Assembly (NCBI GenBank): GCA_964016885.1
Contig: OZ024754.1
Span: 17,732,001-17,796,000, forward strand
Direction of reading: 5' to 3'
Length of the DNA stretch: 64,000 nt
Source of the DNA: Eledone cirrhosa
Taxonomy: Eukaryota
The stretch's first letter is position 1, and every line of letters starts with the position of its first letter. Below are positions 39,745 to 54,700 of the stretch, in pieces. The notes under the pieces are model-generated. The model was not told the DNA's origin, did no database searches, and saw nothing but the letters and a program-made list of their open reading frames with translations. A program made the translations under genes and the position numbers.

Positions 39745-42700
39745 AAGGTAAACACAGGGATTAACAACATCAGGTTGATAAGAGGTAACCCCAAAGTTAA
39801 ACAACATCAGGTTGATAAGAGGTAACCCCAGAGTTAAACAACATCAGGTCTAATAAAACACAACTCCAGAGTCAAACAACATCAGGACTCATAAAATATG
39901 ACCCCAACGGTAAACAACATGAGGTCTTATAAGAGGTAACCCCAGAGTTAAACAATATCAGGTCTTATAAAAGGTAAACCCAGAGTTAAACAACATCAGG
40001 TCTGATAAGAGGTAACCCCAAGGTTAAAAGATATCAGGTCTTATAAGAGGTAATCCCAGAGTTAAATAACATCAGGTCTTATAAGAGTTAAACAACATCA
40101 GGTCTTATAAGAGGTAACCCCAGAGTTAAATAATATCAGGTCTTTTAAGAGGTAACCCCAGAGTTAAATAATATCAGGTCTTTTAAGAGGTAACTCCAGA
40201 GTAAAACAACATCAGGTCTTATAATCTAATAATAGATGTACTAATAATAGATGTACTAGATGTAGTAACAGATAAACTAGATGTAGTAACAGATGTACTA
40301 TATGTAGTAACAGATGTACTAGATGGAGTAACAGATGTACTAGATGGAGTAACAGATGTACTAGATGTAGTAACAGATGTACTAGATGTAGTAATAGATG
40401 TTTTACATGTATTAACAGAGGTAATAGATCTAACAGAGTTAAAGAACATCAGGTCTTATAAAAGGTAACCCCAGAGTTAAACAACATCATCTCTTATAAG
40501 AGGTAACCCCGGTGTTAAACAACAACAGGTCTTATAAGAGGTAACCCCAGAGTTAAACAACATCATCTCTTATAAGAGGTAACCCCAGAGTTAAACAACA
40601 TCAGGTCTGATAATATGTAACCCCAAGGTTAAACAACATGAGGTTTATAATAGTTAAACAATATCAGGTGTTATAAGAGGTAACCACAGAGTTAAACAAT
40701 ATCAGGTCTTATAAGAGGTAACCCAAGAGTTAAACACCATCAGGTCTTATATGGGGTAGCCCCAGAGTTAAACAATATCAGGTCTTATATGAGGTAACCC
40801 AAGAGTTAAACACCATCAGGTCTTATAAGAGGTAACCCCAAGGTTAAAAGACATTAGACCTTATAAGAGGTAACCCCAGAGTTAAATAACATCAGGTCTT
40901 ATAAGAGGTAACCCCAGAGATAAAGAACATCAGGTCTTATAAGAGGTGACCTCAGAGTTATACAATATCAGGTCTTATAAGAGGTAACCCCAGAGTTAAA
41001 CAATATCAGGTATTCTAAGAGATAACCCCAGAGTTAAACAACATCATGTCTTACAAGAGGTAACAACAGCAGGTGTTATAAGAGGTAACCATTGAGTTAA
41101 ACAACATCAGGTCTTATAAGAGTTAACCCCAGAGTTAAATAATATCAGGTCTTATAAGAGGTAATCCCAGAGTTAAACAATATCAGGTGTTATAAGAGGT
41201 AACCCAGAGTTAAACAATATCAGGTCTTATAAGAGGTGACCTCAGAGTTATACAATATCAGGTCTTCTAAGAGGTAACCTCAGAGTTGAACAACATCAGG
41301 TCTTATAAGAGGTAACACCAGAGTTAAACATCATCAGTTCTTATCAGAGTAACCCCAGAGTTAAACAACATCAGGTCTTATAAGAGGTAACCCCAGAGTT
41401 AAACAACAACGGGTCTTATATGAGGTAACCCCCAGAGTTAAACAATATTATGTCTTATCAGAGCTAACCTCAGAGTTAAATAACATCAGATTTTATAAGA
41501 GGTAAACCCAAGGGTAAACAACATCAGGTATTACATGAGGTAAACACAGAGTTAAACGATATCGGGTCTTATAAGAGGTGACCCCAGAGTTAAACAACAT
41601 CAAGTCTTATACGATGTATCCACTGTGTTAAACAACATCAGGTCTCATAAAAGATGGCCCCGGAGTTAAACAACATCAAGTCTTATACGATGTATCCACT
41701 GTGTTAAACAACATCAGGTCTCATAAAAGATGGCCCCAGAGTTAAACAACATCATGTCTTATAATCTAATAATAGATGTACTAATAATAGATGTACAAGA
41801 TGTAGTAACAGATGTACCAGATGTAATAACAGATGTACTAGATGTAGTAACAGATAAACTAGATGTAGTAACAGATGTACTAGATGTAGTAACAGATGTA
41901 ATAGATGTTTTACGTGTATTAACAGAGGTAAAAGATGTAACAGAGTTAAACAACATCAGGTCTTATGAGAGGTAATCCCAGAGTTAAAGAACATCAGGTG
42001 TTATAAGAGGTAACCCCAGAGTTAAGCAATATCAGGTCTTATAAAAGATAAGAGCCCAGAGCTAAACAACATCAGGGCTTATAAGAGGTAACCCCAGAGT
42101 TAAACAACATCAGGTCATATAACAGTTATTCCCAGAGTAAGAAAACATCAGGTCTTAAAAGAGGTAACCCCAGAGTTAAATAATATCAGGTCTTATAAGA
42201 CGTAACCCCAGAGTTAAATAACATCAGGTCTTATAAGAGGTAACCCCAGAGATAAAGAACATCAGGTCTTATAAGAGGTGACCTCAGAGTTATACAATAT
42301 CAGGTCTTATAAGAGGTAACCCCAGAGTTAAACAACATCTGGTCTTATGAGAGGTAAGCCCAGATTTAAACAATATCAGGTCTTATGAGAGGTGACCTCA
42401 GAGATCTACAAGATCAGCTCTTATAAGATGTAACCCCAGAGTTAAACAACATCAGGTTTATGAGAGGGAACCCCAGAGTTAAACAACATCAGGCCTTATA
42501 AGAAGTAACCCCAGTTTAAACAACATCAGCTCTTATAAGAGGTAACCCTAACGTTGAACAATATCAGGTCTTATAAGAGGTAACACCAGAGTTAAACATC
42601 ATCAGTTCTTATCAGAGGTAACCCCAGAGATAAACAACATCAGGTCTTATAAAGGTAACCCCAGAGTTAAACAACAACGGGTGTTATATGAGGTAACCCC

Positions 42701-45700
42701 AGAGTTAAACAATATCATGTATTATGAGAGGTAACCTCACAGGTAAATAACATCAGATCTTATAAGAGATGACCTCAGAGTTATACAATATCAGGTCTTA
42801 TAAGAGGTAACCTTAGAGTTAAACAATATCGGGTCTTATAAGAGGTAACTCTAGAGTTAAACAGCATCATGTCTTATAAGAGGTAACCCCAGAGTAAAAC
42901 AATATCAGGTCTTATAAGATGTAACACCAGAGTTAAACAATATCAGGTCTAGAAAGAGGTAACCCCAGAGTTAAACAACAACAGCTCTTATAAAAGGTAA
43001 CCTCGGAGTTAAACAACATCACGTCTTATTAGAGGCAACCCCAGAGTTAAACAACAACAGCTCTTATAAAAGGTAACCTCGGAGTTAAACAACATCACGT
43101 CTTATTAGAGGTAACCCCAGAGTTAAACAACAACAGGTCTTATAAGAGGTAAGCCCAGAGTTAAACCCTATCATATCTCATAAGAGGTAACCACAGAGTT
43201 AAACAAGATCAGGTCTTATATGAGGTAACCCAGAGGTAAACAACATCAGGTCTGATAAAAGGTAACACCAGAGTTAAACAGCATGAGGTCTTATAACGGG
43301 TAACCCAGAGTTAAAAAACAGCAGGTCTGATAAAAGGTAACCCCAGAGTTAAACAACATCAGGACTTATAAGAGGTAACCCCAGAGTTAAACAAGATCAG
43401 GACTTATAAGAGGTAACCCCAGAGTTAACCAACATCAGGTCTTATAAGAGGTAACAACAGAGTTAAAAAACATCAGGTATTATAAGACGTAACCACAGAG
43501 TTAAACAATATCTGGTCCTATAAGAGGTAACCCCAGAGTTAAACAACATCAGGTCTGATAAGAGGTAACCCCAAGGTTAAAAGATATCAGGTCTTATAAG
43601 AGGTAAACCCAGAGTTAAACAACATCAGGTCTGATAAGAGGTAACCCCAAGGTTAAAAGATATCAGGTCTTATAAGAGGTAATCCCAGAGTTAAATAACA
43701 TCAGGTCTTATAAGAGTTAAACAACATCAGGTCTTATAAGAGGTAACCCCAGAGTTAAATAATATCAGGTCTTTTAAGAGGTAACCCCAGAGTTAAATAA
43801 TATCAGGTCTTTTAAGAGGTAACTCCAGAGTAAAACAACATCAGGTCTTATAATCTAATAATAGATGTACTAATAATAGATGTACTAGATGTAGTAACAG
43901 ATAAACTAGATGTAGTAACAGATGTACTATATGTAGTAACAGATGTACTAGATGGAGTAACAGATGTACTAGATGGAGTAACAGATGTACTAGATGTAGT
44001 AACAGATGTACTAGATGTAGTAATAGATGTTTTACATGTATTAACAGAGGTAATAGATCTAACAGAGTTAAAGAACATCAGGTCTTATAAAAGGTAACCC
44101 CAGAGTTAAACAACATCATCTCTTATAAGAGGTAACCCCGGTGTTAAACAACAACAGGTCTTATAAGAGGTAACCCCAGAGTTAAACAACATCATCTCTT
44201 ATAAGAGGTAACCCCAGAGTTAAACAACATCAGGTCTGATAATATGTAACCCCAAGGTTAAACAACATGAGGTTTATAATAGTTAAACAATATCAGGTGT
44301 TATAAGAGGTAACCACAGAGTTAAACAATATCAGGTCTTATAAGAGGTAACCCAAGAGTTAAACACCATCAGGTCTTATATGGGGTAGCCCCAGAGTTAA
44401 ACAATATCAGGTCTTATATGAGGTAACCCAAGAGTTAAACACCATCAGGTCTTATAAGAGGTAACCCCAAGGTTAAAAGACATTAGACCTTATAAGAGGT
44501 AACCCCAGAGTTAAATAACATCAGGTCTTATAAGAGGTAACCCCAGAGATAAAGAACATCAGGTCTTATAAGAGGTGACCTCAGAGTTATACAATATCAG
44601 GTCTTATAAGAGGTAACCCCAGAGTTAAACAATATCAGGTATTCTAAGAGATAACCCCAGAGTTAAACAACATCATGTCTTACAAGAGGTAACAACAGCA
44701 GGTGTTATAAGAGGTAACCATTGAGTTAAACAACATCAGGTCTTATAAGAGTTAACCCCAGAGTTAAATAATATCAGGTCTTATAAGAGGTAATCCCAGA
44801 GTTAAACAATATCAGGTGTTATAAGAGGTAACCCAGAGTTAAACAATATCAGGTCTTATAAGAGGTGACCTCAGAGTTATACAATATCAGGTCTTCTAAG
44901 AGGTAACCTCAGAGTTGAACAACATCAGGTCTTATAAGAGGTAACACCAGAGTTAAACATCATCAGTTCTTATCAGAGTAACCCCAGAGTTAAACAACAT
45001 CAGGTCTTATAAGAGGTAACCCCAGAGTTAAACAACAACGGGTCTTATATGAGGTAACCCCCAGAGTTAAACAATATTATGTCTTATCAGAGCTAACCTC
45101 AGAGTTAAATAACATCAGATTTTATAAGAGGTAAACCCAAGGGTAAACAACATCAGGTATTACATGAGGTAAACACAGAGTTAAACGATATCGGGTCTTA
45201 TAAGAGGTGACCCCAGAGTTAAACAACATCAAGTCTTATACGATGTATCCACTGTGTTAAACAACATCAGGTCTCATAAAAGATGGCCCCGGAGTTAAAC
45301 AACATCAAGTCTTATACGATGTATCCACTGTGTTAAACAACATCAGGTCTCATAAAAGATGGCCCCAGAGTTAAACAACATCATGTCTTATAATCTAATA
45401 ATAGATGTACTAATAATAGATGTACAAGATGTAGTAACAGATGTACCAGATGTAATAACAGATGTACTAGATGTAGTAACAGATAAACTAGATGTAGTAA
45501 CAGATGTACTAGATGTAGTAACAGATGTAATAGATGTTTTACGTGTATTAACAGAGGTAAAAGATGTAACAGAGTTAAACAACATCAGGTCTTATGAGAG
45601 GTAATCCCAGAGTTAAAGAACATCAGGTGTTATAAGAGGTAACCCCAGAGTTAAGCAATATCAGGTCTTATAAAAGATAAGAGCCCAGAGCTAAACAACA

Positions 45701-48700
45701 TCAGGGCTTATAAGAGGTAACCCCAGAGTTAAACAACATCAGGTCATATAACAGTTATTCCCAGAGTAAGAAAACATCAGGTCTTAAAAGAGGTAACCCC
45801 AGAGTTAAATAATATCAGGTCTTATAAGACGTAACCCCAGAGTTAAATAACATCAGGTCTTATAAGAGGTAACCCCAGAGATAAAGAACATCAGGTCTTA
45901 TAAGAGGTGACCTCAGAGTTATACAATATCAGGTCTTATAAGAGGTAACCCCAGAGTTAAACAACATCTGGTCTTATGAGAGGTAAGCCCAGATTTAAAC
46001 AATATCAGGTCTTATGAGAGGTGACCTCAGAGATCTACAAGATCAGCTCTTATAAGATGTAACCCCAGAGTTAAACAACATCAGGTTTATGAGAGGGAAC
46101 CCCAGAGTTAAACAACATCAGGCCTTATAAGAAGTAACCCCAGTTTAAACAACATCAGCTCTTATAAGAGGTAACCCTAACGTTGAACAATATCAGGTCT
46201 TATAAGAGGTAACACCAGAGTTAAACATCATCAGTTCTTATCAGAGGTAACCCCAGAGATAAACAACATCAGGTCTTATAAAGGTAACCCCAGAGTTAAA
46301 CAACAACGGGTGTTATATGAGGTAACCCCAGAGTTAAACAATATCATGTATTATGAGAGGTAACCTCACAGGTAAATAACATCAGATCTTATAAGAGATG
46401 ACCTCAGAGTTATACAATATCAGGTCTTATAAGAGGTAACCTTAGAGTTAAACAATATCGGGTCTTATAAGAGGTAACTCTAGAGTTAAACAGCATCATG
46501 TCTTATAAGAGGTAACCCCAGAGTAAAACAATATCAGGTCTTATAAGATGTAACACCAGAGTTAAACAATATCAGGTCTAGAAAGAGGTAACCCCAGAGT
46601 TAAACAACAACAGCTCTTATAAAAGGTAACCTCGGAGTTAAACAACATCACGTCTTATTAGAGGCAACCCCAGAGTTAAACAACAACAGCTCTTATAAAA
46701 GGTAACCTCGGAGTTAAACAACATCACGTCTTATTAGAGGTAACCCCAGAGTTAAACAACAACAGGTCTTATAAGAGGTAAGCCCAGAGTTAAACCCTAT
46801 CATATCTCATAAGAGGTAACCACAGAGTTAAACAAGATCAGGTCTTATATGAGGTAACCCAGAGGTAAACAACATCAGGTCTGATAAAAGGTAACACCAG
46901 AGTTAAACAGCATGAGGTCTTATAACGGGTAACCCAGAGTTAAAAAACAGCAGGTCTGATAAAAGGTAACCCCAGAGTTAAACAACATCAGGACTTATAA
47001 GAGGTAACCCCAGAGTTAAACAAGATCAGGACTTATAAGAGGTAACCCCAGAGTTAACCAACATCAGGTCTTATAAGAGGTAACAACAGAGTTAAAAAAC
47101 ATCAGGTATTATAAGACGTAACCACAGAGTTAAACAATATCTGGTCCTATAAGAGGTAACCCCAGAGTTAAACAACATCAGGTCTGATAAGAGGTAACCC
47201 CAAGGTTAAAAGATATCAGGTCTTATAAGAGGTAATCCCAGAGTTAAATAACATCAGGTCTTATAAGAGTTAAACAACATCAGGTCTTATAAGAGGTAAC
47301 CCCAGAGTTAAATAATATCAGGTCTTTTAAGAGGTAACCCCAGAGTTAAATAATATCAGGTCTTTTAAGAGGTAACTCCAGAGTAAAACAACATCAGGTC
47401 TTATAATCTAATAATAGATGTACTAATAATAGATGTACTAGATGTAGTAACAGATAAACTAGATGTAGTAACAGATGTACTATATGTAGTAACAGATGTA
47501 CTAGATGGAGTAACAGATGTACTAGATGGAGTAACAGATGTACTAGATGTAGTAACAGATGTACTAGATGTAGTAATAGATGTTTTACATGTATTAACAG
47601 AGGTAATAGATCTAACAGAGTTAAAGAACATCAGGTCTTATAAAAGGTAACCCCAGAGTTAAACAACATCATCTCTTATAAGAGGTAACCCCGGTGTTAA
47701 ACAACAACAGGTCTTATAAGAGGTAACCCCAGAGTTAAACAACATCATCTCTTATAAGAGGTAACCCCAGAGTTAAACAACATCAGGTCTGATAATATGT
47801 AACCCCAAGGTTAAACAACATGAGGTTTATAATAGGTAGCCCCAGAGTTAAACAATATCAGGTGTTATAAGAGGTAACCACAGAGTTAAACAATATCAGG
47901 TCTTATAAGAGGTAACCCAAGAGTTAAACACCATCAGGTCTTATATGGGGTAGCCCCAGAGTTAAACAATATCAGGTCTTATAACAGGTAACCCAAGAGT
48001 TAAACACCATCAGGTCTTATAAGAGGTAACCCCAAGGTTAAAAGACATTAGACCTTATAAGAGGTAACCCAGAGTTAAATAACATCAGGTCTTATAAGAG
48101 GTAACCCCAGAGATAAAGAACATCAGGTCTTATAAGAGGTGACCTCAGAGTTATACAATATCAGGTCTTATAAGAGGTAACCCCAGAGTTAAACAATATC
48201 AGGTATTCTAAGAGATAACCCCAGAGTTAAACAACATCATGTCTTACAAGAGGTAACAACAGCAGGTGTTATAAGAGGTAACCATTGAGTTAAACAACAT
48301 CAGGTCTTATAAGAGTTAACCCCAGAGTTAAATAATATCAGGTCTTATAAGAGGTAATCCCAGAGTTAAACAATATCAGGTGTTATAAGAGGTAACCCAG
48401 AGTTAAACAATATCAGGTCTTATAAGAGGTGACCTCAGAGTTATACAATATCAGGTCTTCTAAGAGGTAACCTCAGAGTTGAACAACATCAGGTCTTATA
48501 AGAGGTAACACCAGAGTTAAACATCATCAGTTCTTATCAGAGTAACCCCAGAGTTAAACAACATCAGGTCTTATAAGAGGTAACCCCAGAGTTAAACAAC
48601 AACGGGTCTTATATGAGGTAACCCCCAGAGTTAAACAATATTATGTCTTATCAGAGCTAACCTCAGAGTTAAATAACATCAGATTTTATAAGAGGTAAAC

Positions 48701-51700
48701 CCAAGGGTAAACAACATCAGGTATTACATGAGGTAAACACAGAGTTAAACGATATCGGGTCTTATAAGAGGTGACCCCAGAGTTAAACAACATCAAGTCT
48801 TATACGATGTATCCACTGTGTTAAACAACATCAGGTCTCATAAAAGATGGCCCCGGAGTTAAACAACATCAAGTCTTATACGATGTATCCACTGTGTTAA
48901 ACAACATCAGGTCTCATAAAAGATGGCCCCAGAGTTAAACAACATCATGTCTTATAATCTAATAATAGATGTACTAATAATAGATGTACAAGATGTAGTA
49001 ACAGATGTACCAGATGTAATAACAGATGTACTAGATGTAGTAACAGATAAACTAGATGTAGTAACAGATGTACTAGATGTAGTAACAGATGTAATAGATG
49101 TTTTACGTGTATTAACAGAGGTAAAAGATGTAACAGAGTTAAACAACATCAGGTCTTATGAGAGGTAATCCCAGAGTTAAAGAACATCAGGTGTTATAAG
49201 AGGTAACCCCAGAGTTAAGCAATATCAGGTCTTATAAAAGATAAGAGCCCAGAGCTAAACAACATCAGGGCTTATAAGAGGTAACCCCAGAGTTAAACAA
49301 CATCAGGTCATATAACAGTTATTCCCAGAGTAAGAAAACATCAGGTCTTAAAAGAGGTAACCCCAGAGTTAAATAATATCAGGTCTTATAAGACGTAACC
49401 CCAGAGTTAAATAACATCAGGTCTTATAAGAGGTAACCCCAGAGATAAAGAACATCAGGTCTTATAAGAGGTGACCTCAGAGTTATACAATATCAGGTCT
49501 TATAAGAGGTAACCCCAGAGTTAAACAACATCTGGTCTTATGAGAGGTAAGCCCAGATTTAAACAATATCAGGTCTTATGAGAGGTGACCTCAGAGATCT
49601 ACAAGATCAGCTCTTATAAGATGTAACCCCAGAGTTAAACAACATCAGGTTTATGAGAGGGAACCCCAGAGTTAAACAACATCAGGCCTTATAAGAAGTA
49701 ACCCCAGTTTAAACAACATCAGCTCTTATAAGAGGTAACCCTAGCGTTGAACAATATCAGGTCTTATAAGAGGTAACACCAGAGTTAAACATCATCAGTT
49801 CTTATCAGAGGTAACCCCAGAGATAAACAACATCAGGTCTTATAAAGGTAACCCCAGAGTTAAACAACAACGGGTGTTATATGAGGTAACCCCAGAGTTA
49901 AACAATATCATGTATTATGAGAGGTAACCTCACAGGTAAATAACATCAGATCTTATAAGAGATGACCTCAGAGTTATACAATATCAGGTCTTATAAGAGG
50001 TAACCTTAGAGTTAAACAATATCGGGTCTTATAAGAGGTAACTCTAGAGTTAAACAGCATCATGTCTTATAAGAGGTAACCCCAGAGTAAAACAATATCA
50101 GGTCTTATAAGATGTAACCCCAGAGTTAAACAACAACAGCTCTTATAAAAGGTAACCTCGGAGTTAAACAACATCACGTCTTATTAGAGGCAACCCCAGA
50201 GTTAAACAACAACAGCTCTTATAAAAGGTAACCTCGGAGTTAAACAACATCACGTCTTATTAGAGGTAACCCCAGAGTTAAACAACAACAGGTCTTATAA
50301 GAGGTAAGCCCAGAGTTAAACCCTATCATATCTCATAAGAGGTAACCACAGAGTTAAACAAGATCAGGTCTTATATGAGGTAACCCAGAGGTAAACAACA
50401 TCAGGTCTGATAAAAGGTAACACCAGAGTTAAACAGCATGAGGTCTTATAACGGGTAACCCAGAGTTAAAAAACAGCAGGTCTGATAAAAGGTAACCCCA
50501 GAGTTAAACAACATCAGGACTTATAAGAGGTAACCCCAGAGTTAAACAAGATCAGGACTTATAAGAGGTAACCCCAGAGTTAACCAACATCAGGTCTTAT
50601 AAGAGGTAACAACAGAGTTAAAAAACATCAGGTATTATAAGACGTAACCACAGAGTTAAACAATATCTGGTCCTATAAGAGGTAACCCCAGAGTTAAACA
50701 ATATCAGGTCCTATTAGATGTAACCACAGAGTTAAACAATATCAGGTCATATAAGAGGTAACCCTAAGATTAAAGCACATCAGGTCTTATAATTGGTAAC
50801 CCCAGAGTTAAACAACATCAGCGCTTATAAAAGGTAACACCAGAGTTAAAAAACATCAGGTCTTATAAGAGGTAACGCCAGAGTGAAGCAATATTAGGTC
50901 CGATGAGGTTTAACCCCTGAGTTAAACAACATCAGGTCTTATAAGAGGTAACCCCAGAGTTAAACAACATCAGGTCTAATAAGAAGTAACCCCAGAGTTA
51001 AACAACATCAGGTCTAATAAGAAGTAACCCCAGAGTTAAACAACATCAGGTCTAATAAGAAGTAATCCCAGAATTAAACAATATCAGGTTTTATAAAAGA
51101 TTACCCCAGAGTTAAACAATATAAGGTCTTATAAGAGGTAACCCCAGAGTTAAACAACAACAGGTCTTATAGTAGGTAGCCCCAGAGTTAAACAATATCA
51201 GATGTTATAAGAGGTAACCACAGAGTTGAACAACATGAGGTTTTTATAAGAGGTAACCCCAGAGTTAAACAACACAATATCTTATAAGAGGTAACCCCAG
51301 AGGTAAACAGCATGAGGTCTTATAACGGGTGACCCAGAGTTAAAAAACAGCATGTCTGATAAAAGGTAACCACAGAGTTAAATAACATCAAGTCTGATAA
51401 TGTGTAACCCCAAGGTTAAACAACATCTGGTCTGATAAGGTGTTGCCGCAGAGTTAACATACATCATGTCTGATAAAAGGTAACCCTCGAGTTAAACATC
51501 ATCAGTCCTTATCAGAGGTAACCCCAAAGTTAAACAACATCAGGACTTATAAGAGGTAACCCCAGAGTTAACCAACATCAGGTCTTATATGAGGTAACAC
51601 CAGAGTTAAACAACATCAGGTCTTATATGAGGTAACCCCAGAGTTAAACAATATTATGTCTGATATGAGGTAACCCCAAAGTTAAACAACATCAGGTATT

Positions 51701-54700
51701 ATAAGACGTAACCCCAAGGTTAAACAATATCGGGTCTTATAAGAGGTAACCCCAGAGTTAAACAATATCAGGTCTTATAGAAGTAACCACAGAGTTAAAC
51801 AATATCGGGTCATATAAGAGGTAACCCTAAGATTAAAGCACATCAGGTCTTATAAGAGGTAACCCCAGAGTGAAACAACATCAGCGCTTATAAAAGGTAA
51901 CCCCAGAGTTAAAAAACATCAGGTCTTATAAGAGGTAACCCCAGAGTGAAGCAATATTAGGTCCGATAAGGTGTAACCCCCGAGTTAAACAACATCAGGT
52001 CTTATAAGAGGTAACAACAGAGTTAAACAACATCAGGTCTAATAAGAAGTAACCCCAGAGTTAAACAATATCAGGTCTAATAAGAGGTAATCCCAGAGTT
52101 AAACAACATCAGGTCTTATAAGATGCAACCCCAGAGTTAAACAATATCAGGTGTTATAAGAGGTAACCCCAGAGTTAAACAATATCAGGTCTTATAAGGG
52201 GTAACACCAGAGTCAAACAAGATCAGGTCTTATAAGAGGTAACCCTAACGTTGAACAATATCAGGTCTTATAAGAGGTAACACCAGAGTTAAACATCATC
52301 AGTTCTTATCAGAGGTAACCCCAGAGATAAACAACATCAGGTCTTATAAAGGTAACCCCAGAGTTAAACAACAACGGGTGTTATATGAGGTAACCCCAGA
52401 GTTAAACAATATCATGTATTATGAGAGGTAACCTCACAGGTAAATAACATCAGATCTTATAAGAGATGACCTCAGAGTTATACAATATCAGGTCTTATAA
52501 GAGGTAACCTTAGAGTTAAACAATATCGGGTCTTATAAGAGGTAACTCTAGAGTTAAACAGCATCATGTCTTATAAGAGGTAACCCCAGAGTAAAACAAT
52601 ATCAGGTCTTATAAGATGTAACACCAGAGTTAAACAATATCAGGTCTAGAAAGAGGTAACCCCAGAGTTAAACAACAACAGCTCTTATAAAAGGTAACCT
52701 CGGAGTTAAACAACATCACGTCTTATTAGAGGCAACCCCAGAGTTAAACAACAACAGCTCTTATAAAAGGTAACCTCGGAGTTAAACAACATCACGTCTT
52801 ATTAGAGGTAACCCCAGAGTTAAACAACAACAGGTCTTATAAGAGGTAAGCCCAGAGTTAAACCCTATCATATCTCATAAGAGGTAACCACAGAGTTAAA
52901 CAAGATCAGGTCTTATATGAGGTAACCCAGAGGTAAACAACATCAGGTCTGATAAAAGGTAACACCAGAGTTAAACAGCATGAGGTCTTATAACGGGTAA
53001 CCCAGAGTTAAAAAACAGCAGGTCTGATAAAAGGTAACCCCAGAGTTAAACAACATCAGGACTTATAAGAGGTAACCCCAGAGTTAAACAAGATCAGGAC
53101 TTATAAGAGGTAACCCCAGAGTTAACCAACATCAGGTCTTATAAGAGGTAACAACAGAGTTAAAAAACATCAGGTATTATAAGACGTAACCACAGAGTTA
53201 AACAATATCTGGTCCTATAAGAGGTAACCCCAGAGTTAAACAACATCAGGTCTGATAAGAGGTAACCCCAAGGTTAAAAGATATCAGGTCTTATAAGAGG
53301 TAACCCCAGAGTTAAATAATATCAGGTCTTTTAAGAGGTAACCCCAGAGTTAAATAATATCAGGTCTTTTAAGAGGTAACTCCAGAGTAAAACAACATCA
53401 GGTCTTATAATCTAATAATAGATGTACTAATAATAGATGTACTAGATGTAGTAACAGATAAACTAGATGTAGTAACAGATGTACTATATGTAGTAACAGA
53501 TGTACTAGATGGAGTAACAGATGTACTAGATGGAGTAACAGATGTACTAGATGTAGTAACAGATGTACTAGATGTAGTAATAGATGTTTTACATGTATTA
53601 ACAGAGGTAATAGATCTAACAGAGTTAAAGAACATCAGGTCTTATAAAAGGTAACCCCAGAGTTAAACAACATCATCTCTTATAAGAGGTAACCCCGGTG
53701 TTAAACAACAACAGGTCTTATAAGAGGTAACCCCAGAGTTAAACAACATCATCTCTTATAAGAGGTAACCCCAGAGTTAAACAACATCAGGTCTGATAAT
53801 ATGTAACCCCAAGGTTAAACAACATGAGGTTTATAATAGGTAGCCCCAGAGTTAAACAATATCAGGTGTTATAAGAGGTAACCACAGAGTTAAACAATAT
53901 CAGGTCTTATAAGAGGTAACCCAAGAGTTAAACACCATCAGGTCTTATATGGGGTAGCCCCAGAGTTAAACAATATCAGGTCTTATAACAGGTAACCCAA
54001 GAGTTAAACACCATCAGGTCTTATAAGAGGTAACCCCAAGGTTAAAAGACATTAGACCTTATAAGAGGTAACCCAGAGTTAAATAACATCAGGTCTTATA
54101 AGAGGTAACCCCAGAGATAAAGAACATCAGGTCTTATAAGAGGTGACCTCAGAGTTATACAATATCAGGTCTTATAAGAGGTAACCCCAGAGTTAAACAA
54201 TATCAGGTATTCTAAGAGATAACCCCAGAGTTAAACAACATCATGTCTTACAAGAGGTAACAACAGCAGGTGTTATAAGAGGTAACCATTGAGTTAAACA
54301 ACATCAGGTCTTATAAGAGTTAACCCCAGAGTTAAATAATATCAGGTCTTATAAGAGGTAATCCCAGAGTTAAACAATATCAGGTGTTATAAGAGGTAAC
54401 CCAGAGTTAAACAATATCAGGTCTTATAAGAGGTGACCTCAGAGTTATACAATATCAGGTCTTCTAAGAGGTAACCTCAGAGTTGAACAACATCAGGTCT
54501 TATAAGAGGTAACACCAGAGTTAAACATCATCAGTTCTTATCAGAGTAACCCCAGAGTTAAACAACATCAGGTCTTATAAGAGGTAACCCCAGAGTTAAA
54601 CAACAACGGGTCTTATATGAGGTAACCCCCAGAGTTAAACAATATTATGTCTTATCAGAGCTAACCTCAGAGTTAAATAACATCAGATTTTATAAGAGGT

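Noticed and set aside
26041-43848. Intron duplication offset (3626) nearly equals the satellite higher-order period (3629)
   Set aside because: The sequences are unrelated; treated as coincidence.
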